Origin: a virus
Taxonomy: Duplodnaviria; Heunggongvirae; Uroviricota; Caudoviricetes
IMG/VR virus record: IMGVR_UViG_2534681764_000006
Location: 1-4,087 of that record
Direction: 5' to 3' (one strand)
DNA: 4,087 nt
Made by a program: the position numbers and the translations under genes. Below the pieces are notes generated by a model that saw only the letters and a program-made list of their open reading frames with translations, had not been told where the DNA came from and did not search any database. This document shows positions 1 to 4,087 of this stretch, one piece after another (the first letter of the stretch is position 1; every line of letters begins with the position of its first letter).

Positions 1-162
1 GATAACATCCCACTTCGAACCATAACCGCGCTGATGACGGGATTGTCCTGGCTTGTATTGCTTCCAGCCTTCGCTTTTGTGGCTTTCGCAGTAGCCTGAC
101 GGGTCTGTCGTGGTATTACGGCAGCCGCGAACGCGGCAGGCTTTTGGAGTTCGAGGGGGCAT
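1..162 (-). CDS. HNH endonuclease, N-terminal 54 codons only; the gene continues beyond the left edge of the window
   Basis: Minus-strand ATG at 162..160 preceded by AGGA about 8 nt upstream; open to position 1. Translation MPPRTPKACRVRGCRNTTTDPSGYCESHKSEGWKQYKPGQSRHQRGYGSKWDVI shows the Cys-x2-Cys / GYC-x2-H / RGYG-x2-W pattern typical of phage HNH endonucleases found next to terminase genes. Not in the supplied ORF track because it is truncated by the window edge. Confidence 0.75.
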   Translation of the reverse strand, partial: MPPRTPKACRVRGCRNTTTDPSGYCESHKSEGWKQYKPGQSRHQRGYGSKWDVI

Positions 163-188
163 AAATATATTCCTGTTCTTTATCCGGA

Positions 189-461
189 CTATTTGACTGC
201 TGCCAGCAAAGCGTTACGGCGCATCTCGATACTTCGAATCCCCGCTTTGTCAATATTGCATTGTCCCAACGCCGAAAGCAGGCTCACATTCAGATCCAGA
301 CTGGCCCCATAGGTCAGCGGCTCGGGAATGACTGGCTGGGGAGTTTCAGTAGTCAGGCTTGCTGGCAACGGTACCGCCGGAATCGGTACGTAAACTGTTC
401 GCGTACTTCCGCAACCGGTCAGCAGCGGCAGCAGGCACATGACGTGAAGCACAATCATCAT
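189..461 (-). CDS. o-spanin (Rz1-like outer-membrane lipoprotein), starting inside the Rz gene in the +1 frame and extending past the Rz stop
   Basis: Within track ORF 189..713, Met85/Met86 (ATG at 461..459 and 458..456) begin MMIVLHVMCLLPLLTGC, a signal peptide with lipobox LTGC. The mature part is proline-rich (CGSTRTVYVPIPAVPLPASLTTETPQPVIPEPL...) and has a C-terminal Cys. The ORF part upstream of Met85 overlaps Rz out of frame and is probably not translated. The start codon is uncertain: the SD is weak, and in-frame CTG/TTG codons lie just upstream. Confidence 0.5.
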   Translation of the reverse strand: MMIVLHVMCLLPLLTGCGSTRTVYVPIPAVPLPASLTTETPQPVIPEPLTYGASLDLNVSLLSALGQCNIDKAGIRSIEMRRNALLAAVK

Positions 462-738
462 CCGCAACAGCCACTTTGATATCTTCCTGGGTTCTCTGTG
501 ACTCCAGTGCGATCTGCTGTTTTGCATGCTGGTTAGCCTCCAGAACTGTATTGACGATTTGCAGTGATTGCAGAACGTTACGGGTAATGGCAGTTGCTGA
601 TTCAGCATTTCGTACAGCCTCATCAGCACGCTCCTTTTCGTGCTGATATTTGCTGTAGTAATGCCCGGCAGACCAGATGAAGGAACCAATGACGGTAACA
701 ACGAAGGCAACAATAACCAGCTTATATCTCAGCTTCAT
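346..738 (-). CDS. i-spanin (Rz-like, N-terminal TMD plus coiled-coil periplasmic domain); not the lambda Rz sequence family
   Basis: ATG at 738..736 with GGTGGGG 7 nt upstream; the start overlaps the last 17 nt of the endolysin gene. N-terminus MKLRYKLVIVAFVVTVIGSFIW is a single TMD, followed by a charged Q/E/A-rich helical region and a C-terminal Cys. The position directly after the endolysin, with an embedded +1-frame lipoprotein ORF, fits a spanin. Confidence 0.7.
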   Translation of the reverse strand: MKLRYKLVIVAFVVTVIGSFIWSAGHYYSKYQHEKERADEAVRNAESATAITRNVLQSLQIVNTVLEANQHAKQQIALESQRTQEDIKVAVADDDCASRHVPAAAADRLRKYANSLRTDSGGTVASKPDY

Positions 739-1198
739 TTACTACCCCACCAGCTTTTTTAAATCGGGCAATCAGGTCACCGATTTTATGTTCATACTGA
801 CCGTAACCTGCACCAGGTAACGACGCCCAGATATTGCTGCAACGGTCGATTGCCTGACGAATACTGCCGCGGTCAATCATCGGTAAAGCACCACGCTCTT
901 TAATCTGCTGCAGAGCTACAGCGTCCTGGCTTTCTGGAGAAAAATCTTTCAGGCCAAGCTGTTTACGGTAAGCATCCCACCAGCGTGAAAGAAGCTGGTA
1001 ACGTCCGGCGGCTGTTGATTTGAGTTTGGGGTTTAGCGTGACAAGTTTGCGAGGGTGATCGGAGTAATCAGTGAACAGTTCGCCACCAACAATAACATCA
1101 TAACCGTGGTTTCTGGTTTTCTGCCGTCCGTTATCTGTTCCTTCTGACCATGCCACCATATCAAGGAAAGCTTTACGCTGGGAATTAAGTGTCTGCAT
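722..1198 (-). CDS. R: Endolysin, lambda R-type lytic transglycosylase
   Basis: 158-aa translation MQTLNSQRKAFLDMVAWSEGTDNGRQKTRNHGYDVIVGGELFTDYSDHPRKLVTLNPKLKSTAAGRYQLL... is nearly colinear with phage lambda R as I recall it, including the AWSEGTD segment that holds the catalytic Glu. ATG at 1198..1196 with AAGGAG about 6 nt upstream, embedded in the last holin codons. Identity was not checked by search. Confidence 0.93.
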   Translation of the reverse strand: MQTLNSQRKAFLDMVAWSEGTDNGRQKTRNHGYDVIVGGELFTDYSDHPRKLVTLNPKLKSTAAGRYQLLSRWWDAYRKQLGLKDFSPESQDAVALQQIKERGALPMIDRGSIRQAIDRCSNIWASLPGAGYGQYEHKIGDLIARFKKAGGVVNEAEI

Positions 1199-1201
1199 TA
1201 A

Positions 1202-1561
1202 TTACTCCTTATGGGCACCGAACTTGTTACCGATTACTCGCATTGCCGCCCCACGAATAGCATCAACACCAATCAGCCCCACCCCACCACCAATGGCAAC
1301 AGAAAGCGATTTAGGCCATCCGACATACTCAAGAGCGGATGCAAAGGTCAGCGTCAGAGCGCCACATAGCAAAATCTCGAGCGTTTTTCGCTTCCAGCCA
1401 CCACCACCGCCAAAATAGGCGATGCGCAAACCAGCCATAACGATCGACATAATCACTGCACCCAGCGGAGTGTCTCCACGCCACCAGCTCTGAAACAACT
1501 CCAGCCAGTCCGGCCAAGTATTTGGGTTATGAGGCATTTCATCATCTCTCACCTCGCACAT
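1202..1561 (-). CDS. Holin, three predicted TMDs (class I, lambda S-like topology); possible dual start at Met1 (1561) and Met9 (1537)
   Basis: Three hydrophobic segments (LGAVIMSIVMAGLRIAYF, LEILLCGALTLTFASALEYVGW, LSVAIGGGVGLIGVDAI) and a charged C-terminal tail (RGAAMRVIGNKFGAHKE). Sits immediately upstream of the endolysin with a 3-nt gap (stop TAA at 1204..1202). Two in-frame ATGs lie 8 codons apart; GAGGTGA lies between them, 13 nt upstream of the second. Confidence 0.85.
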   Translation of the reverse strand: MCEVRDDEMPHNPNTWPDWLELFQSWWRGDTPLGAVIMSIVMAGLRIAYFGGGGGWKRKTLEILLCGALTLTFASALEYVGWPKSLSVAIGGGVGLIGVDAIRGAAMRVIGNKFGAHKE

Positions 1562-1582
1562 ATCGCGGGTGCAAATTGAGGG

Positions 1583-1621
1583 AATAAAAAATCCCCGAAT
1601 ATTCCAGGAGCGGAAACGGGG
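1583..1621 (-). terminator. Terminator-like or leader structure about 20 nt upstream of the holin start (two-tier hairpin plus U-tract)
   Basis: Minus-strand RNA CCCCG-U-UUCC-GCUCCU-GGAA-UAUU-CGGGG followed by AUUUUUUAUU. The outer 5-bp GC stem encloses an inner 4-bp stem; the loop is large, so terminator efficiency is uncertain. It could instead be a structure controlling holin translation. Confidence 0.3.
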
Positions 1622-1657
1622 AAAGGCGTTGCACTAATTGGGCCTGTCTGCGGCCTT

Positions 1658-1685
1658 AAATAAAAAACCCCGGCAAATGCCGAGG
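1658..1685 (-). terminator. Rho-independent terminator in the late leader (candidate tR')
   Basis: Minus-strand RNA CCUCGGC-AUUU-GCCGGGG followed by UUUUUUAUUU: a 7-bp stem with one G.U pair, a 4-nt loop and a U6 tract. The G.U pair would be a C/A mismatch on the plus strand, so the structure is specific to the minus strand. Confidence 0.65.
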
Positions 1686-1905
1686 TCAGTTAATCGTTGC
1701 CGCTGTGAGTGCCGCGGCGCACTATCTCTTTATCAGGCCACTTACGCGTTAAACCGGGTGCTAACCGTAACTCAGTGATGCTTTACGCTTCCTCTCCCTC
1801 ACTACGTCGCAATTGGAGCCCGGCCAGATTAACGCTGTCGTCACGTTGCCAATATATGGCATCCAATGCATTCTTTTTATTTAGCTATTTCATTTTTCTA
1901 TCCGT

Positions 1906-1937
1906 CAGAAACAACAAAACCCGCTCAATGGCGGGTT
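1906..1937 (-). terminator. Rho-independent terminator about 85 nt downstream of the Q-like gene stop (candidate tR' or early-transcript terminator)
   Basis: Minus-strand RNA AACCCGC-CAUUGA-GCGGGUU followed by UUGUUGUUUCUG: a 7-bp stem, a 6-nt loop and a U-rich tail. Confidence 0.6.
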
Positions 1938-1939
1938 CT

Positions 1940-2024
1940 GGTAAAGTTCATGCGCTTGATTCGCCTCGCGATACAGCTTTGCGAAGCGTACCGGAATTGA
2001 AGCAGTTTATGCGTAAAAAATCAA
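1940..2024 (-). promoter_or_regulatory. Candidate late promoter (pR'-like) and Q-engagement region immediately downstream of the Q-like gene
   Basis: On the minus strand, TTGATT (2024..2019, overlapping the TGA stop), a 17-nt spacer, then TTCAAT (2001..1996). The -10 hexamer is weak, so this is positional inference from lambdoid architecture (Q, then pR'/qut, then tR', then the lysis genes). Confidence 0.25.
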
Positions 2025-2563
2025 GATATTTTTTGAGCAAATGATTCTCGCATGGGAATATATAGGACATACTCAGCAACAGCCAACCAATTAGCAATTC
2101 GCTTTTCGCATGTGCTAAAACACCACTCAGGATGTGCATCATTTAGCAATTCAGCCATTTTGCGCTTAGTCATCCCCCGCCCCTCATACCGTTGCCGAAG
2201 GATGCTAATCAATCCAGGATGCTCTGCCAACACCTCACTTATGACCCGATCAATACATAACGCCTCTGCATCAGTACAATGCGCCAGCCAGCTCTTTTGC
2301 TTACCGTTAATCATATCCCGCAAAAAAGCCTCAAGTTCAGACTTGTTCAGACCTGCTTTTTTCATCCTCCGGAGCGCCTCGTTAATTGCCGTTTTTGTCA
2401 GCTTTTTAGAGGTCAACATCAGGTTAAACATATTCCCCGTCTTACCGCCACCAATATACGACCAGCGCCCCCACATGCGCAGTTTTCCCTGAATCCAGAC
2501 ACTTTCCAGCGTGGTGAGACTAAGGTGTTCCCCGCTTTTGCCTGTATTTGTTGGGTAAATCAT
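2021..2563 (-). CDS. Putative late-gene antiterminator (Q-family-like), 180 aa; family assignment tentative
   Basis: ATG at 2563..2561 with AGGAAGG about 7 nt upstream, overlapping the upstream stop as ATGA. The track ORF 2021..2683 has a spurious N-terminal extension into the upstream gene. The N-terminal segment LESVWIQGKLRMWGRWS resembles the LERWGAW motif I recall in Q21-type antiterminators. The C-terminal ISILRQRYEGRGMTKRKMAELL looks like a helix-turn-helix. Position between the nin-type genes and a terminator-laden leader before the holin fits Q. Confidence 0.6.
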   Translation of the reverse strand: MIYPTNTGKSGEHLSLTTLESVWIQGKLRMWGRWSYIGGGKTGNMFNLMLTSKKLTKTAINEALRRMKKAGLNKSELEAFLRDMINGKQKSWLAHCTDAEALCIDRVISEVLAEHPGLISILRQRYEGRGMTKRKMAELLNDAHPEWCFSTCEKRIANWLAVAEYVLYIPMRESFAQKIS

Positions 2564-2850
2564 AAATAACCTTCCTTTCTCCAGATTTCTTGTGTGCGAA
2601 AAACACCTTCTGCATGCATCAGGCGTAATTCTTCTTTGGTGTAATCGCTGGTTTTTACCCGCCCGTCGATTAAATCGTGGCATGAGCTACAGGCAATCGC
2701 TGCCTGCATATCGTGTGGTTTTGTCGCTGTTCCGCACGTCCCCGCCAGCCTGTAATGCGCCAGCACAGAAGTTTCGGGATTGTGATTGCAGTAGCCAGGA
2801 ATTCTGACGGTGCACATCTGCCCCCGCGCCGCTTTACGTAAATCCACCAT
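2560..2850 (-). CDS. YbcO-like / DUF1364 Cys-rich putative zinc-binding nuclease (nin-region protein)
   Basis: 96-aa translation MVDLRKAARGQMCTVRIPGYCNHNPETSVLAHYRLAGTCGTATKPHDMQAAIACSSCHDLIDG... matches, in length and in the DLRKAARG / VRIPG.CN.NPETSVLAH / CGT.TKP / IACS.CHD blocks, my recollection of E. coli DLP12 YbcO. ATG at 2850..2848 overlaps the upstream stop as TAATG. Confidence 0.85.
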   Translation of the reverse strand: MVDLRKAARGQMCTVRIPGYCNHNPETSVLAHYRLAGTCGTATKPHDMQAAIACSSCHDLIDGRVKTSDYTKEELRLMHAEGVFRTQEIWRKEGYL

Positions 2851-3449
2851 TACGCAAACTCCAGTAACTGCGCGGCCACATTTTCGACTTCCTCCGGAGA
2901 GGAAAATTTACGGAACAGGATCCAGTTCCACAACACATTCAGTACAGATTTATAAACCTGCTGAAACACGGTTTCGTCCATGTTCGCAAATGCGATAGAT
3001 TTTGCCCTGCGCCCACGACTACCATCAGGATAAATATGCTCGGTGTAAAATCCGGCCTGAATGGTTACCCACTCGCGGAAAGCGTCAAACGACTTTAGCA
3101 ATGCCGTATCCCGGGTTCTGCATGTCGCAACGGTATTAAGGTATTGCTCTGCGGCATCACTCAGGGCTGGAGTGTGTTCCCGACCTACTGATTCGCACAG
3201 GTAATCAACGAAGCCCGATACCAGTTTTCGTTCGCGAGGCGTGATCGCCCCACCGACCGGAGTCCAGTAATCGAATCCCAGTTGCAGGAGTTTGAAAAAA
3301 CGCTTGTGGAATGCGTAGTTACGCACACGCTTAAAGTCTGCGTGTATCCACTCACCTATTTTGATTTGATGCAAAAAATCGCAACTCTCCGGCGTCGCCG
3401 GGAGAAGTAATCCGGAAGAGGTTTGTTTGACCAGTTGTATATGCGCCAT
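2850..3449 (-). CDS. Conserved prophage protein, DUF1367-like, 199 aa, function unknown
   Basis: ATG at 3449..3447 with GGAG 7 nt upstream; uninterrupted 199-codon frame whose stop is coupled to the next gene. The size and position just upstream of a DUF1364 gene match the DUF1367 family as I recall it; this is not verified. Confidence 0.8.
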   Translation of the reverse strand: MAHIQLVKQTSSGLLLPATPESCDFLHQIKIGEWIHADFKRVRNYAFHKRFFKLLQLGFDYWTPVGGAITPRERKLVSGFVDYLCESVGREHTPALSDAAEQYLNTVATCRTRDTALLKSFDAFREWVTIQAGFYTEHIYPDGSRGRRAKSIAFANMDETVFQQVYKSVLNVLWNWILFRKFSSPEEVENVAAQLLEFA

Positions 3450-3496
3450 CGTAGTTCTCCGCTGGCGCAGTAGAATGGGTGTTCAGCCCGTTATGT

Positions 3497-3505
3497 AGTA
3501 TACCA
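3497..3505 (-). promoter_or_regulatory. Candidate extended -10 element (TGgTATACT) about 45 nt upstream of the DUF1367-like start
   Basis: Minus-strand sequence TGGTATACT fits the TGnTATAAT extended -10 pattern. There is no well-spaced -35. Sequence motif only. Confidence 0.2.
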
Positions 3506-3520
3506 GAATTAATGCCAATA

Positions 3521-3733
3521 CTAACAGGATGCTCTGACTCGCAATTCATCCAGCAGTTTATCATTTCCCATAATGTCACTTACCCTCATCGGTAAAAAAA
3601 TTGCCTTTCGACCATTACGATACATCATTGATTTTGGGATTTCAGGGAAGTAATCCATTTCGACTATAACTGACAGGTCATCACGACGTATGACTGCGTA
3701 TTTGCTACTAAATAGTTTCTTTATTTTTTCCAC
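3521..3733 (-). CDS. Small hypothetical protein (about 70 aa) in an AT-rich moron-like insert; probable GTG start
   Basis: The track ORF 3521..3772 begins at a GTG with no SD. An in-frame GTG at 3733..3731 is preceded by CCTGGAGG with a 4-nt spacer, giving (M)EKIKKLFSSKYAVIRRDDLSVIVEMDYFPEIPKSMMYRNGRKAIFLPMRVSDIMGNDKLLDELRVRASC. No TMD and no family that I recognise. The region is visibly more AT-rich than the flanking genes. Confidence 0.45.
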   Translation of the reverse strand: MEKIKKLFSSKYAVIRRDDLSVIVEMDYFPEIPKSMMYRNGRKAIFLPMRVSDIMGNDKLLDELRVRASC

Positions 3734-3813
3734 GATGCCTCCAGGTTTATAAGTACAAAAGGTTATATCCACATAGAGACAAAAATATTAATCTGAAAAA
3801 TATTTATTTCACG

Positions 3814-3886
3814 CCATATATTTGATTATTTAATGTGCAGGTACAATGACTTTTATTTTGTGTTGTGTATATAATCAAATATATGG
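3814..3886. repeat. Perfect 16-bp inverted repeat pair with a 41-bp AT-rich spacer, upstream of the small ORF
   Basis: Plus strand 3814..3829 CCATATATTTGATTAT and 3871..3886 ATAATCAAATATATGG are exact reverse complements. A consensus TATAAT at 3870..3875 on the plus strand lies inside the right arm. Confidence 0.9.
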
Positions 3887-3915
3887 TTATTTTTCACCCT
3901 GCGTATTCAGCGCGC

Positions 3916-3940
3916 AACAAAAAACCCGCCGAAACGGGTT
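3916..3940 (-). terminator. Rho-independent terminator after the upstream gene (nin-region tR-type terminator)
   Basis: Minus-strand RNA AACCCG-UUUCGG-CGGGUU followed by UUUUGUUG: a GC-rich stem with a U-tract, about 70 nt downstream of the stop codon at 4011..4009. Confidence 0.6.
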
Positions 3941-3979
3941 AAGCGCGGGTGCGTTGAGGATGCCTGACTCATCAGAGGT

Positions 3980-4001
3980 GGCGAGGGATTTCTCCCTCGC
4001 C
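3980..4001. other. Stable 9-bp stem-loop (GGCGAGGGA-loop-TCCCTCGCC) with no U-tract, 8 nt downstream of the upstream gene's stop
   Basis: Plus 3980..3988 GGCGAGGGA pairs perfectly with 3993..4001 TCCCTCGCC across a 4-nt loop. It lies in the 3' UTR of the minus-strand gene, upstream of the terminator. Confidence 0.5.
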
Positions 4002-4008
4002 TAGTCTC

Positions 4009-4087
4009 TTACTCCTCAGGTTCGTAAGCTGTGAAGACAGCGACCTCCGTCTGGCCGGTTCGGATTCGTACCTCGCAGAGGTCTTTC
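4009..4087 (-). CDS. 3' end of an upstream minus-strand gene (last 25 codons plus stop); identity unknown, possibly a nin-region gene
   Basis: The frame with codons starting at 4086 reads ...KDLCEVRIRTGQTEVAVFTAYEPEE then TAA at 4011..4009, using common codons. The other two minus frames are rich in rare AGG/AGA/CGA codons. The C-terminal pattern loosely resembles RusA-type resolvase C-termini, but 25 residues are too few to assign. Confidence 0.45.
   Translation of the reverse strand, partial: KDLCEVRIRTGQTEVAVFTAYEPEE

Noticed and set aside
261-479. Plus-strand 72-aa ORF
   Set aside because: Lies entirely antisense to the Rz/Rz1 coding region; low-complexity Q/R-rich translation with no start context. 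Treated as a shadow ORF.
462-713. N-terminal 84 codons of track ORF 189..713
   Set aside because: Out-of-frame overlap with Rz and no signal-peptide logic. The lipobox-containing signal peptide begins at Met85, so only 189..461 is called as the o-spanin.
1224-1418. Plus-strand 64-aa ORF, and the minus-strand 62-aa ORF at 1329..1517
   Set aside because: Both lie inside the holin gene, antisense or out of frame; the holin frame has the TMD architecture and the operon context.
1709-1724. Small plus-strand hairpin AGTGC-n6-GCACT followed by a T-containing stretch
   Set aside because: Short stem, weak T-tract, and no plus-strand gene upstream for it to terminate.
1709-2044. Plus-strand 111-aa ORF spanning the late leader
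   Set aside because: Runs antisense across the terminator hairpins and the candidate late promoter; no RBS; product is low-complexity.
1948-2142. Minus-strand 64-aa ORF
   Set aside because: Out-of-frame overlap with the 3' end of the Q-like gene and the promoter region.
2564-2683. N-terminal 40-codon extension of track ORF 2021..2683
   Set aside because: It overlaps the YbcO-like gene out of frame. The internal ATG at 2563 has a strong SD and forms an ATGA stop/start overlap, so that is taken as the true start.
2052-2998. Plus-strand ORFs 2052..2492, 2279..2569, 2592..2807 and 2810..2998
   Set aside because: All antisense to the translationally coupled DUF1367 / YbcO-like / Q-like genes, which have SDs and recognisable products.
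3352-3579. Minus-strand 75-aa ORF
   Set aside because: Overlaps the 5' end of the DUF1367-like gene and the 3' end of the small ORF in other frames. No RBS.
3734-3772. GTG start at 3772 for the small ORF (83-aa version)
   Set aside because: No SD upstream of this GTG, whereas the in-frame GTG at 3733 is preceded by GGAGG. The longer form cannot be excluded.
4057-4067. GGTTCGGATTC, superficially like a tRNA T-loop
   Set aside because: The flanking sequence does not form a T-stem or any cloverleaf, and it lies inside the coding 3' end of the upstream gene.
1-4087. CRISPR arrays, rRNA/tRNA genes, IS elements or integrase/att sites
   Set aside because: No spaced direct repeats, no cloverleaf-capable segments, and no transposase- or integrase-like ORFs were seen in any frame.

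Overview
The window reads as the late-regulatory and lysis segment of a lambdoid (pro)phage, with every supported gene on the minus strand (transcription runs from high to low coordinates). In transcription order: the 3' end of an upstream gene (4087..4009), an intrinsic terminator, an AT-rich moron-like insert carrying a small ORF, a DUF1367-like gene, a YbcO/DUF1364-like Cys-rich gene, a putative Q-family late antiterminator, a 460-bp leader with three terminator-like hairpins, a three-TMD holin, a lambda R-type endolysin, an overlapped Rz/Rz1 spanin pair, and the start of an HNH endonuclease that runs off the left edge. The three genes upstream of the leader are translationally coupled (TAATG and ATGA overlaps). 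All plus-strand ORFs in the track look like antisense shadows. I found no CRISPR array, rRNA, tRNA or transposase. All family assignments are from reading the translations and from memory of the families; no database search was run. I do not see an unambiguous novel system. The candidates most worth a second look are the AT-rich insert at 3521..3900 (small ORF plus a perfect 16-bp inverted repeat), the uncharacterised DUF1367/DUF1364 pair coupled to the late regulator, the multi-terminator leader, and the uncertain family of the Q-like protein.
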